Shown: in pieces, positions 47,771 to 63,277 of the stretch
Position numbering within the stretch: the first letter of the stretch is position 1
Layout of the letters: each line of letters begins with the position of its first letter
Assembly (NCBI RefSeq): GCF_009914755.1
Contig: NC_060926.1
DNA: 64,000 bases
DNA from: the human T2T-CHM13v2.0 reference genome, Homo sapiens
Reading direction: 5' to 3' (one strand)
Made by a program: the position numbers and the translations under genes
Notes under the pieces: generated by a model
Told to the model about the DNA's origin: nothing
The model's database searches: none
The model's input: only the letters and a program-made list of their open reading frames with translations

Positions 47771-49176
47771 ATGAGGACTGCTCTGTGCAAATATGACTTG
47801 CTGCTTATAAACCCTGTTAAATAAGATCATGATAAGAAGGCAGACCTCAGGGCCTGAGGAGCATGCCAATAACGAAAGCACAGAGCTGAACGGGGTCAGC
47901 AGAGGACGAATCCTTCTAATTCCTAATGTTGAGTCCAACTGATGCTTGTGTGATTTTCTGGCTCTCTGTCTATCAGCTCCTCCCTCTGTTCACAGCAGAC
48001 ACTCTGAGGTCTAGCTCACCCTTTGTGTTAAGTGTTAACTCTTTTGTAAAAATTCTCAAGCTCCTCTCCATGCACTCCTAGTCTGTAACATGAAGTAGCC
48101 CTGGATTCTAGTCATTTTTGGGGAGTATGCCGTCTGCCTCATGACAATTTTAGTTTTGGCTTCCCAAGTTCCTTAAAAGAACATTGATGGCAGAGATCCT
48201 AGCTCATTTTCCCTCCACCTAAAAGAGCTCTCTCTCAACCCATAACACTTACAAGATGTGAGCAGGTAACCTCGGGGATGACAAATACTACTGTTTGCCA
48301 CGATCTCCAATCTAAGAGGTTTGTGGAAATACATTTTTTTCACATCTGTGTATTATTTCCCTATTTGCTTTATTTAAATACTTGGACACATTTTCCTCTT
48401 TGAAAAATATTTGACTATCTTCTGCTTCCCCACATTACTTAGGTTTGTTTATGTCTACTAGAAATTTGATAGACAATAAAAAACATTTATTGAGCACCTA
48501 GTATATCCTGAGAAAAATGCTGATTAGGGTTGACCATACCAGATGAAGTTTGCACAGGCAACATTATCTCATAAGGTGGATCCTGTTATCAACAGAGTGA
48601 TCTGGGGGCCTTACGTGAGGCCAGATTGTCAGGGACGGCTCTAATTTGGCAAGTCAAATCCGAGAGGACTGAGAGAGACATACTTATTTTTTTGAGCATT
48701 TCTAGGACATTTCACTCCCTAGAGATAAACCCACGTGTGACATCCACTTCCTGGTTCTCCTTGCTCCAAAGCACGTGGCTCTTCTAGGCTCTGGAGGCTT
48801 TTGCCATCACAAATGAAAACGAAGGCAGATGCTATCAGTCAGAAGCAAGAAGAGAAAGGTGTGAGGACAACATGAGAGGGTGCCGCAGGGACTGTCCCTG
48901 TCCAGGTAAAGGCTCTATGGAGGGCATAGAAGATACATGGCACCCTGCAGGGCAGGACATTCTGAACACCATGAAAGCAACATTATAGGTGAGAGGGGCC
49001 CTGAAGGATGCCTGGAGGAGGGCTGGGGGACACATGCCTGGTGTGGGGGTGGTAAGAGGTCACTCTGAAGTGGGAGGATGATGGCAAGAAGACCATGACC
49101 ATGTGTGAGGTTATTAGTGTTCACCATGATGTGGGGTGGGTGATATCTAGCCCTAAGCCAGATTCTCGGGGCAACT

Positions 49177-49288
49177 CAGCCTCAGCCTCCTGAGTAGCTG
49201 GGATTACAGGTGCCTGTTACCACGCCTGGCTAATTTTTGTAGTTGTTTTTTAGTAGAGATGGGGTTTCACCACGTTGGCCAGGCTTGT
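49177..49288 (-). mobile_element. Internal Alu fragment (no head, no tail)
   Basis: Only the linker and flanking arm segments are present. Confidence 0.88.
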
Positions 49289-52200
49289 TTTCATAATTTT
49301 ATACTAACATTTATTTATATTCATAGAAAATATTTTATATTAATCTACTTTAATATTTTTGTCCAGTGCATTTAAGATATTGAAACAGAGGTCCAGGAAG
49401 ATTAGCTTGCCTGTGGTCTCAGAGCCAGTAAGTAAAGGAACCAGGCCAGTGAGGGCTCCACAGAGCAGCCCCATTCTGTCTTGGCCTCACCATGGACTCC
49501 TGTGGCTGGAGGTTGAAAGCAAAGGGGACTAGGTGAATTCTGAACTGTGGCAGTTTCAGTGAGAAGAGGACTGCTGGGACACTGGGTGGATGCTAACAGA
49601 CACTGGGGGAAACCTTTATCTGGGGATGCCAGTGAAGGGGAATAATAGGAGTCACCTCTTAGACAAGTGTTGGCAAAGGAGATGGGAGGATTTCAGGTTT
49701 CTGAGACTAACTTCTCTTCTCAAGAGGGTTATATCCTTATTGTTGATCTTGGCCCTTGTCAAAATCTTCTGGGGAAGAATTCTTTTTACCTCCAGGGCTC
49801 ACCATGACAGAACTATGTAAAGGAAGTAGCTGTCTGGGTTAGGTCTGGGTAGGAGCGAACATCGCTGAAGATTCGCCTGGCAGAGCGGGCAAACCTACTG
49901 GTGCTGTTGGATGCTGGTGGAAGATCCAAGCTCAGCTGCCTGTTCTCAGAATCAGGTGGCTGAAATGTGGTTCCTGGGACTGAGTTTTGGCAAGGCAACT
50001 GTGCCTTCTGGATGTGCACACATGCATACATGTGCCTGTCTAGCTACAATTTCAAAGTGACAGCAAACAAACAAGAGTAGCCATCAGACCCAACGCTGGC
50101 TGAGCTGCTAGGAGATACAATGCAGGTAGTATATGCATCTAAACTTCTGGTTCTTAGGAATGGAAGTTTAAATGTGGAGTGCAGCTGGTGATGCTGGTCA
50201 AAGTGAGGAAGTGATTTATCTTCTGGACAGCTGCCTTGGCTTCCAGATCTCACTAGAATGGGCAGGTCTTTTCTAGAGGTCTGTGACATACAATTTTAGG
50301 GGAAAAAATAGAAAGTAAATCGCCACTAATAAGTGCTAAGTTCGAAAAGTGCCAGTTGACTTGTCTTTCCAGATAGTTCCAGCCTTGGTGGAATTTAATG
50401 CAGAAGAGATGACATGTCAGAGTGACTGGAGCATGAGGCGATCGTATGCACACGATGAAGCTTTGCATAAAGGTGATACTGACGTAGCTCCTTATCACAG
50501 CCTAGACTATTTAGGTTCTGCTTGGACAATGGATCAAGTTTCCTAGCACAAAAAAGACCTGTGTGCGCAGAAACCGCTGCTTCGTGGTCCAATCCCTCCA
50601 CCAGATGAAAGCACTAAGTACTGCAGGTTCCATCATGACTCTGTGGCCTGCTCATCTGGGCTTTGGTCATTCACATGTTCCTGGAACTCATCTCACAGGG
50701 CAATTTCAATGCAGGCCAGACCTTGAGCAAGGCCAAGATGGCGATGTCCATTAATGGCTTTCATCTTTGGCTCAGCAGGTGGATACTGGGATTAGTCATT
50801 TCCTATTTTGTTCAGTTTGCCAAATACATTCTGGACCTTTAAAAAGTCCTTATGCTATCGCAATATGATGCTTTGGTAGAGTCCTGTCCACTTTCCACTG
50901 GCCTTGGCAGGTGGTTGAGTAATATGAAAGCAACTAGCGCCTAAATTGTGAAATACAAATGTTACTTTGTTTTTGTAGAAAGACCAGATGAAAATAACAC
51001 AAAATGTTTTGGTATTTTTGTTAAAAATGCAATCTGGGCTTGAAGAACTTAAATCTAAGTCTGGCTTTATGTTTCATTTAAACCTTTTTTTACTTAGGCA
51101 AAATAGCAATATTTGAAGGTAAAAACAGGTTTGTAATGATTAGGAAAGATTCTCCTAATTTCTTAATTGCACTTTGCAAACCAATTATACAAGAGAAAGC
51201 TGAACCAGTTCTGAATGTGTTATTATTGTTATCAGGATTTTTACCTCTCAAGTGAACAGTGCTTTACGATTTATATGTGAAAGTGCTTTCGCATGTAATG
51301 TATAATAATCACACAGTCTTCTTTGAAATGCCTTGAACTTTAAGAACAAATCCAGGTTGAAAGAAGAGGTACTCAGAGAAATAATGTGAATCAGATCTCT
51401 CCAGAGAATCAGATCTCTCTACTGGAATCCTTGCGTGCAGGGTTTTCTAGCGTGCAGATGACCATATCTGGGGGCCTAACATTCTAGCCACTATCTGGTC
51501 TGCTTCTTAAACATGGTCTTGTTTTAATTAACACAACCTTTTGGCTGCAGATCTGGTGGGGATGGAATTGGGAAGTGCCAAGGGACCTTGAATGATCACA
51601 CATGATTTTTCTCCGTGTAGAAACAACAGGCTAAGAGAGTCTCCTGAGAAAAGCTGGGCTTGTGAGATAACCAGCCCTACTCGGAGAAGCTTTGGAAAAA
51701 GAAAAACAAAAACTCAACTTTACAACTGTATATCTGGACCAAACACCTGAGGGACTGTCGGTAAATCCTTTACTATATGACACTGCCCATGCCTGGAAAT
51801 GAGGGATAGCGTATACTCCAAGGAACAACATCTCTTGTAGGGTTTCACTTCCTGAAAAGCTACTGAAGAAAAAAACCATTGAAGTCATGGGACAAAGGGC
51901 TATTCCTCTGAGTTAAATAACAATGTCCCCTGGAGGGAGAATTCCACTTCTTCTGCCAACCAGCAACCCTGCTGGCAGCTGTGTTTGAGAAAAGCGTGCC
52001 TATCAACTAATGATGCCTAACCCCTCTCCTGGCTCCTGAATGGAGAGTCTGTGTTGGTGGTATTGATACCCACCATTAACAAAAACTTCGCTTACTTTCA
52101 AAAATGTAGATCCTTTTATGAATTCTTCATCATAACAAAGGCAATGGTTTCCCATTTTTGTCTTAATTGTATGTTTGCCCAAATTTGATGGATCATGTTT

Positions 52201-52578
52201 TGGTTTTTATATAATTTTCTTTTTCCAGATTTCCATTTAGGGTCCTCAGGCTGAAACTAGGCATATCCCATGGCCCAGGCTGGTTGGACACAACTAAATC
52301 TACATAAATCTCCATTGAGTCTCCGAGGAGATTCGATGAGAAAATATTTTAGGAAACAGCGTTATGAGTCTCTGTGCTCAGTGATATTTAAGTTGGCTGA
52401 CCATTTCAATTTTGGAAATTATAGTCCATTAACATGAAAAAAAGGCAATTACATGTTTGTATATTTCTACCTATGCTTGTGCCTTTTGCAAATGTTTATA
52501 AAGAGTGGCATGATAAAATAAAATAATTTTGTGTTTGCTTCTGGTGACAGTAAAATTTTATTTATAAAATACAATTAC

Positions 52579-52881
<303 letters not shown>

Positions 52882-54317
52882 TTAACTAAAAGCTTTAGGA
52901 TGGTTAAACAAACAAACCAACCCTTCTGCTGAACATTTGAGTTTCACTGATTATGATGGGAGGTTCAAATATATGATTACTTCATATACGGATATGAAAA
53001 AGGTCTGATAGGCAGTTTTCAATTAGAGTTATTGTTCTGTTTCCATATTAATAGAAACCAATTAGTTATTATGAACAGATTGGGTATTTAGCTCAGGTAC
53101 AACATAAAATGCAAGACTAAAAAGAAAAACGAACATACAGTATTCTTTTTTTCTGTGTTGCTATGAGGTTTAATATATTTAATATATACTTTTTGTATGG
53201 TCCATTGGGGCAAGGGATTTCCTGGCATTGAAAATTTACTCAAAATATCTGTGGTTAAGTTATCATAACGAATATTACTAATGTCTAATTCATTAAGACC
53301 AACAAGCCAGCATCTTACATGATGTTTGGTACTTAGTAGGTATTTGAGACTATACTCAGTTTTTTGCAAAAACTGTCTAGCTCTTGGTTGCCTACAAATA
53401 ACATTGACAATACAGTTCATTTCTAATGTAGGAGAAACTTCATTTTGGAGCCTTGCCCCTCAAACCTGGTCCTGATTACTGCTTCAACTCCTGTTTATAT
53501 AATTCTACACAATTTTGGCAGGATTCAAGAGCACATACCAGGGTGTTGGCTTTTATGAATCTCCTGGGATGTGAATGTCACGCTGACTGGATGAACCCTG
53601 GCCACAAATCCCAGACAAGCACAATGATTCTATTTATTCAGACTTGGCTGCCTGAATGCAGATTGACTCTGTGGGTAATAAATTTTCACAGGCCAAGAGC
53701 GTCAGGATCAACCAAGCTGATCCTGAGAAGAAAAATGCAACTAAGGAAGTAGAGTTGGGCTGCAAAAACCTCCTATGTTTTTATTCCATGTCTGCATATC
53801 ATTCAGCTAATTCATTTAGTTACTGATTGACATGTACTGTCAATGCTTTCAGACATTTTAAAAGCTCTGCTTTGTGTTATGCAATTGTCATATTAAAAAG
53901 AAACAAGGGAAAAAATGAAGAGCTTCCATTACAATTGGCAATCTGCTTTTAACAGTACACCCAAAACTGATGTGAGTCATCCAGTAATCTCTGTGGTAAA
54001 GAGCACAGAATTGAGATGGGAATGTTTCTTGTGCTGCTCCATAGGAAACCAAAGGAAACAGCAATAAGAACTGCAATTTTGTGCTCAGAGCAACCTCACC
54101 TACAATCTTGGTATCTTGATGAAGCAAGGCTTTACATTATTTCTAAGAGACACGACTATTACTCTATGCATTATAAATAAGAAAATAATTGGCTCTTTAA
54201 TTTGCAGATTTATGTTAATGATCTAGATATCTATTAAATTAATTGCATGCTCTCCAAATATTGATTGGGGATTAAAAGGCAACTTTTCATTGTGCAAGAA
54301 GTAAATTAACGCCAATG

Positions 54318-54329
54318 GGGAAATTTCCC
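54318..54329. promoter_or_regulatory. Palindromic NF-kB consensus site GGGAAATTTCCC in a TAAT-rich unique block
   Basis: Exact motif match only; occupancy unknown. Confidence 0.35.
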
Positions 54330-55464
54330 TCTACAGATTAGATCCAATGATTGTTGTCTGTAAAATTAAAATAGTCAGTTAAAGGGGATAAACCATGCTC
54401 ATTTAAAGAGAAAAATGTGGCAACAGAGTTAAAATAAAAAGACTGCCCAATATGTTTCGATAACGTAATTACTGGAAGCTGCAGGCATGTACATAGCCAT
54501 TCAATTTAGATCCCTGGTCCCTTCCTCTCCCTAAGCTATGTATTTGTCATCTCCGAAACACTTGTCTGCAGTTGACACTATCTCAGCTGCTCCTTGCTGA
54601 AAGTCTTAATCATGTGTCCCTGTCCTCATGCCTTAGCTATAGTAATGCCATCTACTTATTTGCTTGTGTCCAACCTCCCAAGCTTACCCTGACTTGAGAG
54701 GCAGAGCTCATCTTTTTGCCAAATGGGAAGACATGCAATATAATTAATCAGTCCCTTCCTAATCTATTAAATTTTTTTTATACTTACTGTCTTAAGTCTT
54801 CTAATTCCTTCACATTGTTTCACAAAAACATTGGTCTTTGGAATTGTTAAAACCAACAGTTACAGAAAGGAGATCAAACAAATTACTCCAGGTATCACAT
54901 ACCTTTCATTTACTCAGATTAAATAAGAAAGCTGATTCTCAGATATTTTGTGCTATTTCCAGTTGGAACCTCATCCAGTGTGAAAATCATAGGTGCAACC
55001 ATAAGGCTATGCTTCCATTTCATTTATGTTTGTAAACTTTCTAAGGAAACCTGGTCACAACCCCAGCACTAGAGGCTACAGCCAAAATTTGGTTATTCTT
55101 GAAAGGGAAGGCTGTGGAGAAACTCAGTCTCTTGGTTTTGAAGACTTCTGTTTGAGATAACTTATGAAAACTTGTAGTTTCAATATAGCTTGATGTAAGC
55201 ATCCTTAAGAAGGGGCTATAGACATTTCCATGGAGATCGGATAAATGCCTTTTTTCTCAAATAGGTTATTTGTGTATTAATCTATAGCCAATTTAAGATA
55301 TTGGGCCTTATATTTTTGTCATCTCTGTCAATACTTTTGATGTTTGGACAGAACTCATTTGAAAAATCATAGAGTTCAGGAAAAGGAACAAAGGCAGAGC
55401 AAAGGTCATCTTTGATATTGTACAATGGACAGTGGGAAATACTCTCAATTGAAGGCATCACTAT

Positions 55465-56880
55465 GCATTTATCCACGCATTCGTTCAACAAATATTTAGC
55501 AGTTCTGCTGTGCCAGACACAGTCCCTGCCCTCAGGAAACTTCCAGTTTAGCTGGTGTAGACAGATCTTAGAAAAAGTAAACATAACATATAACTAAAAT
55601 TACGATGAGATTCAGGTAAAAAGATGAAGGATACTGTGAGACGGACTAACTGGGAGTTGATTAGATAAGAGGGAGGTCTCCCTGAGGAAGTGAAAGTTAT
55701 GCTGTGCCTCCAACATGAGTAGGTGTTAGCAAGGCAAAAGTGAGGGAGTAGAGGCCTATGGAGGCCCTAAGGCAGCAGAGCTCAGCTTCCTGCAGGAGCT
55801 GGGAGAAGGGCCGGGCCACAAATGAGCTCAGTGTGAAGATGAGACGTGGACAAAGCCAGATGGTGCAGGGTAGTGTCGGCCATGCTGAGGGCTCCGAATT
55901 TGATCCCGGGTGGGATGGGAAACCTATTTAAGATTTTAGACCAAGGAATTACTTGATCTGATTTTTAAAAGATCACTGTGGGGAGGCTGTATTACAGAGG
56001 GCAGGAAATAGAAATACAATAGTTTATACCAGACTGGTTTTGACTAGCTGGGAATGGAAAGAGGTAGATGGACCAATATTTAATTTTGGAGGCTGAGTTT
56101 ATAGGACTTAGAGATGAAGTGACTACCTGAGTGAGGAACAGGGAATCATCAAGGATGAGTCTGAAGTTTCTAGGCTGGAACAGCTGGGCATCTGGCAGTG
56201 CTAGTTTTGGAAATGGGAACAATAACAAGACGAACATGTTTGTGTGTCTGGGTAGTGATGGCAAAGGCCAGAAGTCCAGTTGGGCACAGACTGAATCTGA
56301 AATGTCTGTGAGACATCCAAGTGGAAAAGTAAAGTAGGTTTGCGGTTCAGAAGAGAGTTCTGAGCTGGGGATATAACTTTAGAAATTGTCAGTATATAAA
56401 AATTGAAGGTCATAGGAATGGGTGAGATCACCCAGAGAGCAGACATGGAGAAGAAAAGTCAGGAATAAACATGGAAAGTTTCCAACATTGGGCAGAAAAT
56501 CAGAGTCAGCAAAAGAGCCTGAGAAGAGAAGCCAGAGGGGCAGGACCCAAACCAGGAGAGTGTGGTGTTAGACTCCTACAGAGAAGTGGGTGATGAACAG
56601 TGTTCAATGCTGTAAGTCTTCTAGTAAGACAGGGGACTGAAAAGAGCCCAGTATAATTGGCTCTACAGAGGTCATTGGGGGCCCAGTGAGGAGCATTTCT
56701 GGTAAAGAGATGGGGTCATAATGAGATCAAAAGAACAAGTCTCTATGTAGCTCTGAGGAAATGGATGAACTTTGGATAGGAGCAGGGCAGTGTCCTCTCA
56801 CAACAGGAGGACACAGGATGAGTGAAGATGGAAGCAGTGGTGCAGATGTGGTATTGAGAAGTTTAGGTTTCTCTGCTAGA
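55465..56880 (-). mobile_element. L2
   Basis: cattcgttcaacaaatattta 3' end followed by a long purine-rich antisense L2 body. Confidence 0.85.
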
Positions 56881-58596
56881 AGCCAGTCAGCCATGGTATG
56901 AGGTAGGGAAATAAAGATGAATAAGATACACGGTGAAATTCAGGTTGTTTACTTATGAAGTTGGGAAGACAGAAAACTACATTTGTATCACCTATTATTA
57001 TTCATTCTGTAACAAAGGTAATTATAGGATATTAAGGGAGAAAGCATGCAAAATGACAGTACCAGCGAACTGTTATAAGTTATGTATATATAGTGTAATA
57101 CCTAGAATAGCCACTAAAAAAGCTGTACAAAGAGATACACATAAAAATGTTACAGACAAATCAAAACAGAATTCAAAAGGTTTAAGGAATACACAGAAAG
57201 GCAGGAAAAAGAAAATTAAAACCAGGAAGAAACTAAACAAAAAATAGAGTGGTAGACTTAAGCTTTAACAAATCAATAATTACATTAAATGTAAATGGTC
57301 TAAATGTATCAATTAAAACACAGAAATTGGCAAAGTGAATAAAAATATGACAACTATTAATTTATGCTGTATATAAGAAACTCATTTCAAATATAACAAT
57401 ATTGGTAGGCTGAAAGTAAAAGAATGGAAAAAAGTTACATTATGAAAGCATTAATCAAAATAAAGCAGGAGTAGCTGTGCTGTTATCAGAAAAAGTAGAC
57501 CTCAGAGCAAAGAAAATGACCAGAGACAGAGTGGGACATTACATAATGATAGAAGGGTCAATCTAAGAAAATATAGCAATCCTAAATGTACACACACCAA
57601 CTAACAGAGCTGTGAAATATGTGAAAACAACCCGATTGAATAGAAAGAAGAAATAAACAAATCCACAATGACAGCCAGAGACTTCAACACCTCTCTCTCA
57701 ACATTAGATAGAGCAATGAGACAGAAAGTCCAGAAAAGATACAAAAGAACATCAAATAAGATTAATTGATATTAATAGAACACCCTACCCAACAACAGCA
57801 GAATACACATTCTTTTAAGTGCCTATAAAACATATACCAATACAAACCATATCTTGGGTCATAAAAAATCCTCAACAAATGTATAAGAATTGAAGTCATA
57901 CAGACTATGTTCTCTGACCATAAAGGAACCAAACTAGAAACCAATAAAAGTTAAGATTAAGGGCGATCTCTGAGCACTTAAAAATTAAACAACACATTTC
58001 TAAATAATCCATGAGTCAAAGAAGTCTTACTGAACTGAATGACGATGAAATACAACACATCAATATTTGTGGGATAAAGTTTATAGCATTGCTGAGAGTC
58101 AAATGTATAGCACTAAATACTTATATCATAAAAAAGAACGAATCTCAAATCAATAATCTAATCTCCCTCAAGAAACTAGAAAATGGGCAAAAATGTACCC
58201 AAAGCAAGCAAGAGGAGGGAAATAAAGATAAGAAATCAGTGAAACTGAAACAGAAAAAACAAATAGATAATATTAATGAAACAACAAGCTAGTTCTTTCA
58301 AAAGATCAATACAGTTAATAAACCTCTAGCAAGACTGATATAAAAAAGAAAGAAGACAAATGATGAGTATCACTAATGAAACGGGCTGACACTATAGATC
58401 TTGCAGTCATCAAAAGGATAATAAAGGAATATTATAAACAACCCTATCCACATAAACATGACAACTTAAGTGACACGGATAGACTTATTACTGAAGAACA
58501 GTGTACCACTTATACCCAGTATGAAACAGATAATCTAATAGCCCTATGACTATTAGATAATCTGAGTAGCTCTATAACTATTAATATTTTTTTTTT

Positions 58597-59191
<595 letters not shown>

Positions 59192-59261
59192 GGGAAATAG
59201 AATTTTTAAGTTTAAAAATCTCCAGGCCCATATGGTTTTACTAGAGAATTCTGCTAAATAA

Positions 59262-59583
<322 letters not shown>

Positions 59584-59927
59584 TAACATCATTTTTTAAA
59601 AGCATAATCTTTTTGAGAAAAGGGCAGGGGACCCTTCTCAATTCATTTTATAAGATCAGTATTACCCTGATATCAAAACTAGCCAAAGACAGTATAAAAC
59701 AGAAAACTTCCAACTAATATCCCTCATGAACATTAAAAAGACAAATGTGTGGTGAGGATGTAGAGCAACTGAAATTCTCTTACACTGCTGGTGGGACTTT
59801 CGACTGGTACAACCATTTTGGAAAATGGTTTGAGATAATTTACTAAAGTTGAACATGCACATACCCTACTGCTCAGCATTTATACTTCTGGGCATAGATC
59901 CAACAAAAATGTTCCCATGTGCTCAAC

Positions 59928-59987
59928 AAAAGACCTGTACAAGGATGAAAAGACCTGTACAAGGATAAAAAGACCTGTACAAGGATG
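59928..59987. repeat. Three tandem copies of a 20-bp unit aaaagacctgtacaaggat(g/a)
   Basis: Directly visible; one mismatch among the copies. Confidence 0.95.
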
Positions 59988-60400
59988 CTGATAAGAGCAC
60001 ACTATTCTACTCCCCGACCCCTGCCAAAATATCCACATGCCCATTAGCAGTGGAATGAATAAGTAAATTATGGCATACACACATAATGAAATAGGATACA
60101 GCAATGAAAATGAACAAACTTCAATTACAGGTAACAACATGGGTGACTCTCATAAACAATGTTGAATGAAAGAAGCAAGACACAAAAGAGTACATGCCGA
60201 ATAATTCCATTGATACAAAGTGCAAAAATAAGCAAAATTACACTATGGTGTTAGAAAACAGGAAAGTGGTTATTCTTCTGCAGAGTGGTGACTGGTGGGA
60301 GCATGGGGGCACCTGGGTCATGTCTGTATTTTCATCTGGATATTGGTTATATCATATACATATAAAATCATTTTTAAAGACATATCATTTTTATAAATCA

Positions 60401-60682
<282 letters not shown>

Positions 60683-60759
60683 TATGCCTATTGGATCTGG
60701 TGACACGAAGATGATGGGTGACCTCAAATTTCGATGAAGTGGCAGCTTGGGGATCTAGC

Positions 60760-60900
60760 ATTAATTCCAATTTTACAAACAGAGACACTGAAGCAGAGAA
60801 CAGTTCAGAGGCTGGGCCAAGGTTGCAAAACTAAGTAGCAGAGTGGGGATTTGAACCCTTGAAGTGGGGCCGCTGTGCTCTTAACCACTAAACTAGACTG
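60760..60900 (-). mobile_element. MIR
   Basis: ttttacaaacagagacactgaagcagaga...ccaaggttgca...ggatttgaaccc. Confidence 0.8.
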
Positions 60901-62896
60901 TCTTTTGACCTTCAGGATCACAAAGGCAATGGGGAGAAAAGGAAACCTCAGATAGGAGTGTTCAAAAGCATGGAGTCTGAGGCGATCTGAGGAAGGGCAG
61001 GCAGGTATAGCAACTTGAAGCTCTTGTAGACACCTCTTTATTACAGTGGCACATGGGCTGGTTGAACCAATATTCACAAAGACAGCCAGATATAATGTCA
61101 GAAAAGGTTAAGGATTTTCATACACTGTAGTGTTTACTGAGGCAAGGGATTTTTAAAATATTTTGGGTTTACGGTGCAAACTCTGATTACATCTAGAAAA
61201 ATCATTTATGTTAAATGTTCAATTATCTCAGAATGCCAGGGAATGAGTGTATGTGTCTGTGTGTGTGTGTGTGTGTTCGTGCACCGGCTATGCTGCTTCC
61301 GGGATAAAGCATAGTTTGGTCTCGAAGAGAAAAAAATACCATATCATTAGTCTTGTTTAAAAGTATGGGAATTACAACTTTGTGATTAGACCAGGTTATA
61401 ATTATAGGCCAAAGCAGGACAACTTAATGCAATTACTGTTGAAGCAATAACTTAAACTATCATACGCAAAACCACTGTCTGGAGTCTTAATTAGGAAAAA
61501 GGGATTAATGTATAAAAATTATTCATTCTGTCAGTTCCTTTTATTGCAAAAATAGGAAGGTATATTCACATAGGAATTAAATGCAAGAATAAAGGATCTG
61601 ACCTGTACATTCATAACACAATATTATCAATGAGTACAGAATGGAAGGGGGTAGCTTAAAAAGCAAAATGAGTCAACTAAAAGCTCTTACTGCCTTAGAG
61701 AACATGTATAGTACGTCATTAGTAATGTTTATTAAAATTGAGTTTTCATTGGAAATACTTCCTGGAAATAGCTCAGGAAGTTATTTCCAAATTTAAAAAG
61801 GTTTGCAGATTGAAATAGTCTGTGAACCCTTTTTCTAATAAAAAGCATACACAATTTACATGTTTGATATGATTTAATCCATAATCTATGTATCCAGGCC
61901 ACTTAATGGGAAAAAACACAAAGAGTTGAAATCATTTGCTTATCATCATGTAGATAAGAAGCCAAAATTAGGAGTGAAGTCATTCTACATTTCTGCTAAG
62001 ATTGCTGTGTGGCAGATATCTGGCTGCCCTGGAAACAAATCAACAGATCTGTAAAACACTCGAAGCCCGAGTGGCCTTCTTTGCCCAGTTAACCTTCTTC
62101 CACTGGGTATTCTCCACCTGCCAATCTGGTTTCCAGACTCCTCAAGCTCTTCTCCCTTTTTCGTGCCTCAGTTTCTCCCATGACATGAGTAACCTCTTTT
62201 GTGACCTCATAGCTATGCTCTGCTCACTCTTCCTCGAAATTCTCCTTTGACTTTTATTTAACCTCTGCTTGTTCTCTCTGTAAGTTATTTGTATTTGCAT
62301 GTCTAGACAGCAAATCATCTGCATAGCATTTCATGATACCTTTCTATTAATTCACTATTCCAAAACCAACAGAACAGCATTATTATTTTGTACTGCATAC
62401 AAAAATGACTTATTAAAAAAAGCCTCTCTGAATTGTCTTTCTACCCATCACATGTATCTAAACTTGACAAAATACAACATAGGGGATGAGAAAAAGAAAA
62501 CAGAAGTGTAGAAAAATCTGTCTTTAGTGTTTTTAAACTTGCTTTGAAATACAAACATTTCTTGAAATGCAGAAGTGAAAGTGATGAATGTTAAGTGGAT
62601 ATTTTTTCACCTTAACTGACTGATCAGAAGAGTATTTATAACCCCCTAACTGATGTCTCGAGCTGATAAATCAACACCAGGGGAGAATATTTCAAGCACA
62701 TTTATCATTTAAGACAAACAGCCTATACTGAGCATGATTACTTTTTATTCATCATTTTGGCTCACCTCTACATTTGCTCCTTCTCAATGTTAATAATATC
62801 TGTGTAAGACTTCTCAATATTTAATGTTACAGATTGCCTGTTGCATGCTGATGAGGTTAAGGTCATATGCTTGATCTCCAGAAGGCCAGTTAGCTT

Positions 62897-62921
62897 CACA
62901 CACACACACACACACACACAC
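62897..62921. repeat. (CA)n microsatellite
   Basis: Directly visible. Confidence 0.9.
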
Positions 62922-63225
62922 GAATAAATAAAAAAGAAAAAAAAAAGGCTCTGTCTACTTCTGAGGGAAGCCTGATCTTAGCTTCCTTGTAATACCCATT
63001 GCTGGTCTCAATATCATAAAAAATTACAGAATTCAAGGCTTAAGGGAAATTATGGGCAAGCTATTTTAATATACTGACCCAACTGCATAGAAGCTCACAC
63101 TTAGCAGACAAAAGACCAGCAGCCTGGAGTGCCACCATTCAGCTTGGTTAACACCCAGCACAGTCCACCAGGTAACTGTTACCAGTGTCACCTCCAAAGG
63201 ATGATGACATAAAAGAGAATCTTAC

Positions 63226-63277
63226 CTGTTCATTCTCCTCTTCATCACTGCTTAGCTTAAGGTCATCTTCCAGCATT
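63226..63277 (-). CDS. AFF3: AFF3 internal coding exon, 52 nt, (x)MLEDDLKLSSDEEENEQ
   Basis: Minus strand reads ttccttctttcag|A ATG CTG GAA GAT GAC CTT AAG CTA AGC AGT GAT GAA GAG GAG AAT GAA CAG|gtaaga: pyrimidine-rich acceptor, strong donor, AF4/FMR2-family motif. Confidence 0.96.

Noticed and set aside
51388-51420. Short direct repeat aatcagatctctc twice
   Set aside because: Ordinary 18-bp slippage duplication.
62142-62324. Basic 60-aa minus-strand ORF / possible alternative last exon 1 kb after the 52-nt exon
   Set aside because: The candidate acceptor (aaataacttacag) has no pyrimidine tract and the peptide has no recognisable homology.
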